DNA from: a virus
Lineage: Duplodnaviria > Caudoviricetes
Direction: 5' to 3' (one strand)
Length of the DNA: 64,000 bases
IMG/VR virus record: IMGVR_UViG_3300005459_000006
Location: 4,721 to 68,720 of that record
Shown: piece by piece, positions 55,168 to 64,000 of the stretch
How the letters are laid out: each line of letters starts with the position of its first letter
Position numbering within the stretch: the first letter of the stretch is position 1
Translations under genes and position numbers: made by a program
The notes under the pieces: generated by a model
Databases searched by the model: none
Seen by the model: the letters and a program-made list of their open reading frames with translations, nothing else
Told to the model about the DNA's origin: nothing

Positions 55168-55550
55168 TCAGGTTCGACAGGAAGCTGCTCGAGGACGGTG
55201 GAGTAGTCAGGATCGTTGAACTCTTCCACCTCCATATCCAGGTCGTCCGGCTCCTCGAACTGGTCCTCTTCTTCCCATTTGCCGACGAACTCTTCGTCAC
55301 TGGGATCCGGGTTCTTCTTGGCATCCAGCTCGCCCCGCAGTCGCTTCGCCACCTCGTCGCGGAAGGAGTTCACCTCTTCGCAGATGCCGCCGTAGTCCTC
55401 GAGCGCGGTATTGTAGTCCGCCACTGCAGATTTCACTGCAGATTCGAACTTCCTGTAGGCGTTCTCGAGCTCGTTCTCACCCTGTCGGAGCTTCGCCTGA
55501 AGCTCGCTCTGTGTCTTCATCTCACCGTCGGTCAGTTTGATCTGTCCCAT
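55164..55550 (-). CDS. acidic coiled-coil protein
   Basis: AGGAGG RBS; D/E-rich C-terminal third. Confidence 0.75.
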   Translation of the reverse strand: MGQIKLTDGEMKTQSELQAKLRQGENELENAYRKFESAVKSAVADYNTALEDYGGICEEVNSFRDEVAKRLRGELDAKKNPDPSDEEFVGKWEEEDQFEEPDDLDMEVEEFNDPDYSTVLEQLPVEPE

Positions 55551-55860
55551 TCGCTGCCTCCTTCTGATAGATGCCTTTGAATCCGCCGCCCTGAATCCAT
55601 GCCTGAAACTTTTCTGGTGATCCGAAACACGCCGCCGGAGCATAGTTGTAGAGAAAAAAGATGTAGTCGTACAGCCGATAGCGGTTTTCTTCGTCAGCCC
55701 TGTTGCACGCTTCTTTGAGGTCGTTGGAGTAGATGGCGTTGAGGAAGTGCCCACACGGACGTCCTTGAAGGATGTATCGGACGATACCCTCGTGCGTGTG
55801 CGAAGGAATGTTACACTCTGACAATCGTGCGTGGAGCTCTTCATGCGTTATTGTCGCCAT
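55522..55860 (-). CDS. conserved-looking phage protein (CGHFL.AI..NDL..A..RAD..N)
   Basis: GGAGG RBS; motif recalled from phage hypotheticals. Confidence 0.7.
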   Translation of the reverse strand: MATITHEELHARLSECNIPSHTHEGIVRYILQGRPCGHFLNAIYSNDLKEACNRADEENRYRLYDYIFFLYNYAPAACFGSPEKFQAWIQGGGFKGIYQKEAANGTDQTDRR

Positions 55861-56107
55861 ACGTCCTCCAAGTGTATCCGCTCATATTGCGAGCGGCGAT
55901 TTCTGCTGGCACGGCAGACAGGATGAACGGTGCAGCTTCGGTCAAGCTGACTGCAATGCCAACGCCGATTTCATCCGCGAGCCGGTCGAAGTTCCATTCG
56001 ATACCGAGGTAATCGAGGAGTTCCCGCTGGGCGTCCAGCTCTGGGCTACTCGGAATCCCATCGGTCCCATCGGGGCTCTCGATAAGAGTGGTCAGGAGTT
56101 CGTTCAT
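55841..56107 (-). CDS. hypothetical protein
   Basis: start reassigned to ATG 56107. Confidence 0.5.
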   Translation of the reverse strand: MNELLTTLIESPDGTDGIPSSPELDAQRELLDYLGIEWNFDRLADEIGVGIAVSLTEAAPFILSAVPAEIAARNMSGYTWRTYGDNNA

Positions 56108-56897
56108 TGTATTCAATCCACAGCTTTCTGCCGATAAACGGCGGTTGTCCAGTTCGTTGTGCCTCCGCTTCTGCCTTGGCAATTTCAGCGTCGTTCCGGG
56201 TCTTGACTGTGGTATGAACGCCATCATCCCCACGAAGAAGGACTGTGGCATATTTACCACGGTAGTTCTTTTCGCCCTTGCTTTCGATCCAGCCAACCAC
56301 CGTCATCAACGCTGGCTGCTTCTTCTTGATCTTGATGAGATCCTTGCTGCGCTTTCCGATCTGATATAGACCGGTGCGCCGCTTTAGGATCAAACCCTCG
56401 CCGTCCCGTGCCCACACCTCGTCACGGACTCGGCAGACATCAATCATCGAATCCACCGGCCATGACGGAGCCAACGTGATTGGCCCTTTGAGATGCCCGA
56501 AATAACATTCCAGGCAGTGACGTCGTGTATCGTATTCCAACACAGTGTAGTCGTCCTCCTCGATACGTATGGCATCGAAGATGACGTATTGAAGGTCTGG
56601 TCCGTTTCCTAGTTCAGTGACCCCATACGACCGTTTGCCGGGGACCACTAACTCGCCATCCAGCAGCGAGTTCGGCAGTTCTGCGAACGCTTCGAGGAGG
56701 TGCGTCGGCAGCTTGCGCTCGATTCCGTATCTGGACCAAGCCATCACTCCTTTCTGTACGAATAAGGTTGGTTGTTGACCGTCGGAGATTTCGACCTCCA
56801 GACGGTGGCCGTCGTACTTTTCTTCCGCGCAAAACTCGCCCGGCTTCATGACAAAATTATCCGGTTTCGGCCGGGCGAGCATTGGGCTGACGAACAC
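56046..56897 (-). CDS. ATP-dependent DNA ligase
   Basis: motif I EEKYDGHR, LLDGEL, IFD, GEGLILK, IKIK. Confidence 0.92.
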   Translation of the reverse strand: MFVSPMLARPKPDNFVMKPGEFCAEEKYDGHRLEVEISDGQQPTLFVQKGVMAWSRYGIERKLPTHLLEAFAELPNSLLDGELVVPGKRSYGVTELGNGPDLQYVIFDAIRIEEDDYTVLEYDTRRHCLECYFGHLKGPITLAPSWPVDSMIDVCRVRDEVWARDGEGLILKRRTGLYQIGKRSKDLIKIKKKQPALMTVVGWIESKGEKNYRGKYATVLLRGDDGVHTTVKTRNDAEIAKAEAEAQRTGQPPFIGRKLWIEYNERTPDHSYREPRWDRWDSE

Positions 56898-57053
56898 TAG
56901 TCCTGCTCCTTCGACCGGACAACTACCTGTCCCATCAGTTCCTGCACGTTCTGGATTTCGTGGACGTCGCCGCCCTCGATGCCGCCCGCCTCCTCGTCGA
57001 TGACGATCTTGACCATCATGTCGTTTTCGTAATTTTTCAGCTCATCAATGAGC

Positions 57054-58154
57054 TCACCGACTGTCTTGACCATCCGTCACCTCCGGTTTGTGAACGTTGT
57101 AGTCCGACTTGACTTCCCCTTTCTGTCTGGTCCCTCGGACATGGGAGTCCCAGAAGAATGTCCCGACGGCCCGCCCGAGCAGTGGCTTCTCTTCCGTATA
57201 CGTCTTGAAATGCCCGCGGCATCGGTGCAGCGCCATCTTGATTCCGCTTTCTCCCGGCTGCTTCGCCGCCTCCAGCATTCGTTTGATCGGCCCAACTTCG
57301 ATGGTCCGGTAGCTGGATGTAATCTTGCCCGATGCCTGCCGTTTCTTCTTCCACTTCGCATCGGGATGCCGTGTCTTCATGACCACGTTCTTGCAGTGCA
57401 TGAAGCTGATTGCAAGCAAGAACGGATGAAGATAACCGTGGGCCTCGCCACGATGCTCGTCGTACTTTACTACTCCATCATCCCAATCTTGCGCCGCTTT
57501 CACTTTCGGCAAAGCCGCAGGCATTCCAGGCTGATTGAGAACTTTGAATAGATCCTCAATTTCCTTAGTTATTTCGCGGCGTGCCCTGACTGGATCAACT
57601 AGCTTCTTCACGTCAGGAATCAATGAGTACGATAATCCCGCCACGCGCTTGTTCAGCACGGTGTCATGCTTCGGCCAGATGGCTCCCTCTTTCGTCACCG
57701 GGATGGACCACGCCCAGATAGGCGTAATCGCATATCCCGGCCGCTGTACGAACATGACCACTTCGAGGAGCCATTCGAACTGCATCAGGTCCCATTGCGT
57801 AAACAGAACACCGCCCTTTTCAGGGTTGGTCAGGTGCTCCTTGGGGACTGTATAGAACAGCGCGCCCCATCGTGTCGGTCGAAGATTGCCGTCTGACTCC
57901 CATGCGAGTTCGCCAAACTCTTCGCTCTGAATCTTGCTCGGTCGGCTGGTCTCAATCCAGAACGACTCGAATGGAGGAGCCACATTGGGGAAGTCCGTGA
58001 TGTCCCAAACTTCCTTGTCGCTCAACGCATAGTAGTATTCCGTCACCTCGTCGCATACAATGATGGGTGCCTTCTTGAACTGCGCCGAAATGTTTGGGCC
58101 AAGCTGGACGACACGATTGTTCATGATGTCATCAAACAGTCTGGGTCTTGTCAT
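57054..58154 (-). CDS. hypothetical protein with C-terminal HxCRGH...W..HxRG motif
   Basis: 366-aa ORF; HRCRGHFKTY, FFWDSHVRG. Confidence 0.75.
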   Translation of the reverse strand: MTRPRLFDDIMNNRVVQLGPNISAQFKKAPIIVCDEVTEYYYALSDKEVWDITDFPNVAPPFESFWIETSRPSKIQSEEFGELAWESDGNLRPTRWGALFYTVPKEHLTNPEKGGVLFTQWDLMQFEWLLEVVMFVQRPGYAITPIWAWSIPVTKEGAIWPKHDTVLNKRVAGLSYSLIPDVKKLVDPVRARREITKEIEDLFKVLNQPGMPAALPKVKAAQDWDDGVVKYDEHRGEAHGYLHPFLLAISFMHCKNVVMKTRHPDAKWKKKRQASGKITSSYRTIEVGPIKRMLEAAKQPGESGIKMALHRCRGHFKTYTEEKPLLGRAVGTFFWDSHVRGTRQKGEVKSDYNVHKPEVTDGQDSR

Positions 58155-58339
58155 GACCGCCCCAACATCACGAGAAGAATGAAACCGAGAATCATGGACA
58201 TCAGCACACCGGCGAAGCCCACGATAAACAGAGTTCCACCGTTGCCATACACCAAGTCCGCATCGATTCGTTCACCGCGACGCCACAGCCAGCCGTGGCC
58301 GAGCGCTTTGAGCACGAGGATGCCATATAACTCAAACAT
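58151..58339 (-). CDS. small membrane protein
   Basis: GGAGG RBS; hydrophobic C-terminal helix. Confidence 0.55.
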   Translation of the reverse strand: MFELYGILVLKALGHGWLWRRGERIDADLVYGNGGTLFIVGFAGVLMSMILGFILLVMLGRS

Positions 58340-58403
58340 CTAGATCTCCCTCCTTGACGCACTTGTGGCAGAACCACGAGCCATCGATCACTGAGCCGTA
58401 GCT

Positions 58404-58838
58404 TCACCTTTGCCTCCTTTCATAGTATGCCAAAGCACATTCCAGGCAATGGCCCTTCGGCGTAACCCGTGGCCGGTCCGGATGACACCGTGCCATTGGC
58501 TGATTCACCGGCGCGAGCTCCTCCCTCGATTGCGGCCTGTCCCGCAGGTTGAGCTCCGCTGAGACGTTGAAGGTCTCGAGGGACTTCAGCATTATCGGGT
58601 TGTTCTTGGAAGTGAAGGCCATCTGTGCATGTGGCCCTTTCCGCTGCTCCGATAATATCTTTTCCGTCCCCGGCCCTGTGTAGAGTTCCGGTGCTGTCTT
58701 GTGGTGCCACAGCATGACGCCACGAATTCGCTCGACGTCTCCTGCTGCCTCGATGCAGGCAACGCACCATTTTTCTTCTGGCGCTGCGGCCATCCGGGCG
58801 GCGCTTAGCGGTTGTCCACAGTTCTCGCAGGTCCTCAT
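58404..58838 (-). CDS. TraR/DksA-like C4 zinc-finger protein with C-terminal extension
   Basis: CENCGQPLSAARMAAAPEEKWCVAC matches the C4 TraR/DksA pattern. Confidence 0.65.
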   Translation of the reverse strand: MRTCENCGQPLSAARMAAAPEEKWCVACIEAAGDVERIRGVMLWHHKTAPELYTGPGTEKILSEQRKGPHAQMAFTSKNNPIMLKSLETFNVSAELNLRDRPQSREELAPVNQPMARCHPDRPRVTPKGHCLECALAYYERRQR

Positions 58839-58848
58839 ACTTGGAACC

Positions 58849-58968
58849 ATTCTACCACAAGACGGGCCGGATTGCAACAATTATTTTAAACTTCAATGCT
58901 GTCGGATGCAGTGAACTAAAAACTTTTTGTTGTATTCACCAACGTCTTGTGGTATACTTGCTCTACGT
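58849..58968. promoter_or_regulatory. divergent sigma70-type promoters
   Basis: minus strand TTGCAA(58877)-17 nt-TAGAAT(58854); plus strand extended -10 TGTGGTATACT ending at 58968. Confidence 0.75.
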
Positions 58969-59021
58969 GGCAGCCCAATACGGACGCTTGTGTCCAACCA
59001 ATTACGCCACGTGGAGTTGAA

Positions 59022-60566
59022 ATGCAGAAACAGATTACGACGTGGTCGCCGCAGCAGGAAGCAATCTTCAGCTGGTTCGAGAACTCCGCTCCTCAGCCGT
59101 GGACGGTTGGGTCGGAAGTCTACGACAAAGTCGTGGCTCCCGCCGTTCGCACCAAGAACCTCATCGTCCGTGCCCGCGCTGGCACCGGCAAGACGACGAC
59201 CATCATCGAGGGAATCAATCGTGCGCCGGAACGGAACATCCTGCTCGCCGCGTTCAACAAGCGGATCGCGGATGAACTGAAGACGCGCATTACTAACCCG
59301 CGCGCACGTGCGAGCACGCTCCACGCCGTAGGTCTGGCCTGCGTCCGCAAGCAGCTCGGGCGGGTCATGGTCGAGGACACGCGTGACCGCGACAAGATCT
59401 CTCGCGCCGACAAGCTCGCGATGCAGGCGTGCCCGAGGGATACGCCACAGACCATCGTGCGCCTTGTTTCGAAGCTGCACACGAAGGGCCGCGAGATCGT
59501 ACCGCACGCTCGTGTTCAGGAAGACCTGATGGACATCGCGGTCAACTTCGAGTGCGAGCCCGACGAGGAGTTCCTCGGTACGGAGTGGGACACGGAGTTC
59601 GTCGTCGAGCACGCGCTGAAGGCGATGGAACTGGCGTCCAAGGTTCAGCCCGGTGATGAGATTGACTTCGCCGACATGATCTTCCTGCCGGTTCGTAACC
59701 GCTGGATGCAGAAGATCTACGACTTGGTCGTTGTCGACGAAGCGCAGGACATGACCACGGCCCAGCTCGAGCTCGGTCAGGGCGTTTGTAGCGGACGCAT
59801 CTGCGTCGTGGGCGATGACCGTCAGGCCATCTACGCCTTCCGCGGAGCGGACAGCGGTTCCCTCGACCGGCTCAAGCGCGAGCTTGGTGCTGCTGAGCTT
59901 GGCCTCACCGTGACGCGTCGCTGCGCCAAGGTGATCGTCACCCGCGCGCAGGTGCTCGTGGAAGATTTCGAAGCGCACGAGGAGAACGGCGAAGGCGAGA
60001 TGCTCAACATCCTTATGGGTGACTTGATTCCCTGTGCGGCTCCCGGCGACTACATCGTGTCGCGCCTGAACGCGCCGCTCGTGGGAGTTGCCCTCGGATT
60101 GCTGCGCCAGAACAAGCGCGCTCGCATCGCGGGTCGGGATATCGGCTCCGGTCTTATCCGTCTGGTTCGCAAGCTCGCCAAGGGCAAGGCGGGGAGCTCC
60201 ATGGTCGTGTTCATGGAGCGCATCAAGACTTGGGAAGAGAAAGAGCGGGAGCGTCTCCTCGCCGCTGGCAAAGAAGCGAAGGCCAGCGAGGTGAGCGATC
60301 AGGCGGCGATGCTGATCGAACTGTCTGAGGACGTGGACACGGTCCAGCAGGTCATCGACCGCATCGAGGGATTGTTCACCGATGACGGTTTGGGTCAGGC
60401 TGGCGTCATCACCTGCTCCTCGGTCCATAAGGCCAAGGGCATGGAAGCGCGCCGTGTCTTCGTGCTGTGGGACACGATGCGGAAGCACAGCCAGGAAGAG
60501 CTGAACATCCAGTACGTCGCTATCACTCGCGCCATCGAGTCGCTGGTCATGGTCAAAGGGCTGTGA
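59022..60566 (+). CDS. UvrD/Rep-like SF1 helicase
   Basis: ARAGTGKT, VDEAQD, GDDRQAIYAFRGA, SVHKAKGME, YVAITRA. Confidence 0.93.
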   Translation: MQKQITTWSPQQEAIFSWFENSAPQPWTVGSEVYDKVVAPAVRTKNLIVRARAGTGKTTTIIEGINRAPERNILLAAFNKRIADELKTRITNPRARASTLHAVGLACVRKQLGRVMVEDTRDRDKISRADKLAMQACPRDTPQTIVRLVSKLHTKGREIVPHARVQEDLMDIAVNFECEPDEEFLGTEWDTEFVVEHALKAMELASKVQPGDEIDFADMIFLPVRNRWMQKIYDLVVVDEAQDMTTAQLELGQGVCSGRICVVGDDRQAIYAFRGADSGSLDRLKRELGAAELGLTVTRRCAKVIVTRAQVLVEDFEAHEENGEGEMLNILMGDLIPCAAPGDYIVSRLNAPLVGVALGLLRQNKRARIAGRDIGSGLIRLVRKLAKGKAGSSMVVFMERIKTWEEKERERLLAAGKEAKASEVSDQAAMLIELSEDVDTVQQVIDRIEGLFTDDGLGQAGVITCSSVHKAKGMEARRVFVLWDTMRKHSQEELNIQYVAITRAIESLVMVKGL

Positions 60567-60880
60567 TGAAGATCACTCGGTATTGCCCGATCTGCAAGCA
60601 CACGACGAAACACGAGTACGACGGGAAGGGCACGTTTACGTGCCTTTCCCGCACGCATGGGAAACATGCGAAGGAGCAGAAGAAGTGACATCACCTACAC
60701 TCCGGTCCAGCAGTCGCGCTGAGGCAATCCGACTGCTGGATCACTACATCACGTTGTTGATGGAAAGATCGGGATGTAAGGTCGACAGCGACACACATGC
60801 CGAGATCGAGCAACTCGTGGATGCCCTGATCGTGGCATCCTTCACCGAAATGGCGGAGGTCATCAAAAAGGCAGGAGAGC

Positions 60881-61108
60881 ATGGATGAGAGATTCAGTGT
60901 GTATCAGTTCTTTCCGGACGGTTCCTACGAGCAGGTCTGTAATCATGTGGGACCGATGGAAGCCTCGCGGCGAGCGGTTAACCTCACTATGAGTGTCGGC
61001 GCACAGGTCGGGACAACGGTGCGTGTCATTATCACGGACAGTGGTGACAGCATCAATTGGGAATGGGAATTCGGCAAGGGCGTGGTTTACCCGCCGAAGG
61101 AGAGCTGA
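60881..61108 (+). CDS. small phage protein (RVIITDSGD...EW..GKG)
   Basis: AGGAG RBS. Confidence 0.65.
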   Translation: MDERFSVYQFFPDGSYEQVCNHVGPMEASRRAVNLTMSVGAQVGTTVRVIITDSGDSINWEWEFGKGVVYPPKES

Positions 61109-61409
61109 GATGGGATTCGTAACGAAAGACAAGTATCCCACGCTGTTCAAAGCGATGGAAGAAGTTGGCTTCGACAACGGGATGCATCGTGAGATGGAGG
61201 CAAAGGGCGAACTTTTCGTCCTGGCCTCGCCTGATGAACTTCAAGAAGCGGAAGATGCGCTGAAGTCGCTCAGTCGGGAAGATCTTGAAAGCCTCACTAT
61301 CGGCGACGAAGACGAGGTCGAGGAAGTCGCAAGTAGGACGGCAGCCCTGAGGACGGCGTCTAACATCCTGCAGGACTTCTTCGACTACGAAGGAGACGTG
61401 CATAGCTGA
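61109..61409 (+). CDS. acidic hypothetical protein (start approximate)
   Basis: GGAG RBS; MGFVTKDKYP... Confidence 0.55.
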
Positions 61410-61422
61410 ATTGACAAACAGC

Positions 61423-61451
61423 TTGCAATTTTAACTGTTTTGTGCTATACT
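61423..61451 (+). promoter_or_regulatory. sigma70-type promoter
   Basis: TTGCAA-17 nt-TATACT with TGTGC extension. Confidence 0.8.
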
Positions 61452-61522
61452 AGCTCTTGCTGGTGACCGGTCTTAAGACCGGCGCCTTAGCCGAGTGGCC
61501 CAAGGCCACGGAAAGGAACTAG

Positions 61523-61876
61523 ATGACACCGATTCTACCGCGCAATCTCGAGAATATCTGGAACGGCGCAACCGACGCCCAGAAGCTCACGGCCCGAACA
61601 GAGGCCCGAGTCATGTTGGACAATCTTGTCCACTACTCGGGTCGCGCCAGCTACGAGAACGATATCGTGCTGGCAGCGGCCACCCTCCTCTGGTTTCGCA
61701 AGCTCTCAAGCGACAACCTCAACGACCAGTCCAACATCATGTCCGAGGAGCAGGTTGCCAAGCTCGCTCGCCAGTTGAACGACATCGTTCAGAAGTTCCA
61801 TCTTGGCATCACCGAGCCGAACGAGATGCTTGGCGACCTCGTTATCAGGCTCCAAGAAGCCGGAGTGAGGTTCTAA
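61523..61876 (+). CDS. hypothetical helical protein
   Basis: AAAGGA RBS. Confidence 0.65.
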   Translation: MTPILPRNLENIWNGATDAQKLTARTEARVMLDNLVHYSGRASYENDIVLAAATLLWFRKLSSDNLNDQSNIMSEEQVAKLARQLNDIVQKFHLGITEPNEMLGDLVIRLQEAGVRF

Positions 61877-62373
61877 TGCCACGCGGCAAATACGCCCACA
61901 TCATCGCTGCGCTGCCGAAGTTCAATGGTAACGAGCCGGACCATCAGGCCAAGATCAACGCGGTGAAGAAGGCCATGTTGGACGAGGAGCCAGCGCTCCG
62001 CAAGGCATCGGTCATCGCCGAGAAGTACGTCGAGATGCGTATGGAAGAGGACGCATACGCCGCCATCATGAAGGAGTTCGAACTTCGCAAGCAGGCCATT
62101 TGCGAACTCCTCGAGGAGGCCTACGAGGTCGAGGGAACGACCAGCCTCGGCCTACTGGACGGACAGACCGTTCGTGTCCAGTACGAGCCTCACGCCGTCG
62201 TGGTGGACCGGATCAAGAATCGCCTCTGGGCCATCAAGAACGGCTTCGAGGATACCCTCATGATGCCGTGGCAGACCCTGAATAAGGTCATGAAGGATGG
62301 TCTCCTCGAAGGCCAGCCTGAGCCGGACGGCGTCATTGCCCACGCGAAGTGGAAGATTGTGATGACGAAGTAA
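61876..62373 (+). CDS. replication-module protein of the type usually found next to phage SSB/PolA genes
   Basis: TAATG coupling; PWQTLNKVMKDGLLEG.P.PDG. Confidence 0.65.
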   Translation: MPRGKYAHIIAALPKFNGNEPDHQAKINAVKKAMLDEEPALRKASVIAEKYVEMRMEEDAYAAIMKEFELRKQAICELLEEAYEVEGTTSLGLLDGQTVRVQYEPHAVVVDRIKNRLWAIKNGFEDTLMMPWQTLNKVMKDGLLEGQPEPDGVIAHAKWKIVMTK

Positions 62374-62765
62374 TGCCACACAATCATTCGTTTAGCGATG
62401 ATGTAGAGGCAACTGATATCTACATCGTTACTGCCGGTGACTACAGCAACTACTCTGTTGTGGCTGCTTTCTCTACGGAAGAAGCAGCCAAAGCCTATGC
62501 TGATGAAATGAATCAGCGGAAAGAGGAGTGGGCTTCGTCCTACAAGTGTGAGCGAGTAGACTTCAATCCTCCGCTCCCGACGCTAGTCGAGGAGATCGTA
62601 CGGCCCAAGACCGTTCACGTTGCACGAATCGAGGAAGACAAGATCGTCGACGGACGACAGTTCTATCGAATTCACTGCACTTGCAATTTCGTCTCGGGTC
62701 CATTGTGGAGCAAGAAATCCGCTGAGGAATACAAGGACACGCACGAGAGAGGAAGTGTGTGGTGA
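62373..62765 (+). CDS. hypothetical protein (start approximate)
   Basis: IYIVTAGDYSNYSVVAAFST motif. Confidence 0.5.
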   Translation: MPHNHSFSDDVEATDIYIVTAGDYSNYSVVAAFSTEEAAKAYADEMNQRKEEWASSYKCERVDFNPPLPTLVEEIVRPKTVHVARIEEDKIVDGRQFYRIHCTCNFVSGPLWSKKSAEEYKDTHERGSVW

Positions 62766-62965
62766 ACTTCAAGGTCGGCGACAGGGTCTGGTATTGGCAG
62801 CGTCGTGTTGGCAGCGGCCTGTCACGTCGCGTCTACGGCACGATTCGGCAGACCGATGGAACTCACGCTCGGGTCCGCCGTGATGATCTGGACAGTGCTA
62901 TCCCGGTCATCACGGTGGAGGTGAAACGGTTGAACCACGCCGATGACACGGTGGGCCAGCAGTGA
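62759..62965 (+). CDS. SH3/KOW-like small protein
   Basis: FKVGDRVWY...VYGTI. Confidence 0.55.
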   Translation: MVNFKVGDRVWYWQRRVGSGLSRRVYGTIRQTDGTHARVRRDDLDSAIPVITVEVKRLNHADDTVGQQ

Positions 62966-63150
62966 GCCTGTTTGATTCCCTCGATGAGCCACCTATCAAG
63001 GTGACATCTGGGGCTCGGGTTTTCTCGTTCAAGCCTGAGAACTGTCCACACAAGAACGAGGAGAAGACAGAGACGGATTGGGGCAAGCCGTATGGCGTCC
63101 GCATGACGTGGACGTGTCGAGATTGCGGAAAAATAAGAGGGAGATGCTAA
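62962..63150 (+). CDS. small Zn-finger protein
   Basis: CPH...CRDC. Confidence 0.5.
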   Translation: MSLFDSLDEPPIKVTSGARVFSFKPENCPHKNEEKTETDWGKPYGVRMTWTCRDCGKIRGRC

Positions 63151-63935
63151 TGGCAGAGAATTCACTCGAGAAGACGCTCAAGGGTCCGCAAGGTTTGGCG
63201 GTGCCGGACTACTTGAAAGACATGGAGATGGAGGGTCTCGAGCACGTCACCGAGCAAGACATCGCCATGCCGCGTCTGCTGATCGCGCAGCAGATGTCGC
63301 CACAGCTGAATCCGGCGAAGCCCGAATACCTCGAAGACCTCCACAGCGGGGACTTCTTCAATAGCCTGACCGGTCAGGTCTACGGCCGCGGGCCACTGGT
63401 CTTCTCCGTTCTGCGCGGTGATCCGCCTCGCTGGGTGGAGTTCATTCCGAGGGATCAGGGCGGCGGCATCAAGGATCCCAACGTCAAGCACGGTGACCCT
63501 CGCACGGAGTGGCAGGCCGACGGCAAGCCGCCGATCGCGACGAAGTTCTACGACTTCATCATCATGCTACATGGCTTCAGCGGTCAGCTCGTCGCCCTCT
63601 CGTTCAAGTCCACCGGCTTGAAGGTGGCTCGTCAGCTGAACGGACTGATGCAGGCCCGGATGAAGCCGATCTACACCGGGACCTACGCCATCGACGCGCC
63701 GTCGGCGACGAACGCGAAGGGGACGTGGTTCATCCCGCGGGTCAAGAACCACGGCTGGATTCCGCCGGAGATGGCCAAGGACCTGAAGAAGATGTACGAA
63801 AACTTCAAGAACCGGGTCATCGAGATCGATCGACCGGAAGCGACGGGCGGGACCGCCGACGAGGGCGACCCCAGCTTCGATCCGGAAGAACTCGAGCGGC
63901 AGGCGCAGCAGGCCGGGAACGTCGAGCAGATGTAA
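63150..63935 (+). CDS. putative single-stranded DNA-binding protein
   Basis: EGLE.....DI.MPRL.IAQ.MSPQ, FFNS.T..VYG, aromatic C-terminal strand GTWF, acidic tail. Confidence 0.65.
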   Translation: MAENSLEKTLKGPQGLAVPDYLKDMEMEGLEHVTEQDIAMPRLLIAQQMSPQLNPAKPEYLEDLHSGDFFNSLTGQVYGRGPLVFSVLRGDPPRWVEFIPRDQGGGIKDPNVKHGDPRTEWQADGKPPIATKFYDFIIMLHGFSGQLVALSFKSTGLKVARQLNGLMQARMKPIYTGTYAIDAPSATNAKGTWFIPRVKNHGWIPPEMAKDLKKMYENFKNRVIEIDRPEATGGTADEGDPSFDPEELERQAQQAGNVEQM

Positions 63936-64000
63936 GGGTTCTGGTGGAGCAGTTATCGGCAGCTTCGTAATTGGAAGAAGGGACGCGTCGTAATACACTC

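Noticed and set aside
58893-60488. 531-aa minus-strand ORF
   Set aside because: Antisense shadow of the GC3-rich UvrD helicase gene; no motifs or RBS.
61487-61510. tRNA D-arm-like TAGCCGAGTGGCCCAAGGC, or a hammerhead-like core
   Set aside because: No anticodon arm, T-arm or acceptor stem follows, and the hammerhead core is mismatched (CTGGTGA, misplaced GAAA). Kept only as a structured leader.
1-64000. Prophage/temperate lifestyle, rRNA or tRNA genes
   Set aside because: No integrase, att-like context, CI-type repressor, host genes or complete tRNA/rRNA structure recognised by eye; a tRNAscan run would be needed to be certain.

Overview
The window is most or all of the genome of a tailed dsDNA phage with siphovirus-type morphogenesis genes. 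It is probably circularly permuted, because the replication genes at the right end (UvrD-like helicase, putative SSB) continue logically into the family A DNA polymerase at the left end. No integrase or clear repressor was seen. Layout: (1) 0.1-16.9 kb, replication and DNA modification: PolA, VRR-NUC, HD hydrolase, a 5-hmdU DNA kinase-family protein, two GT-A glycosyltransferases, a thymidylate-synthase-family dUMP hydroxymethylase, DEDDh exonuclease, SNF2 helicase and prim-pol/VapE primase-helicase. (2) 16.9-24.3 kb, a probable origin followed by small-gene expression cassettes with repeated strong sigma70-type promoters, interleaved with about 27 sigma54 (RpoN) -24/-12-like motifs (8 perfect TGGCAC-N5-TTGCW) on both strands. 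(3) 24.5-50.5 kb, packaging, head and tail genes, with a GT-B glycosyltransferase inserted in the tail operon. (4) 50.5-54.4 kb, lysis genes plus a methyltransferase, a glycosyltransferase and a beta-helix protein. (5) 54.4-64 kb, a leftward operon (ligase, TraR/DksA-like protein) and a rightward operon (UvrD-like helicase, putative SSB). The two most unusual signals are the RpoN-motif array with its fixed back-to-back geometry to sigma70 promoters, and a 5-hmdU hypermodification operon that carries glycosyltransferases where characterised pathways carry an amino acid:DNA transferase. All family assignments come from motif recognition by eye; no database search was run.
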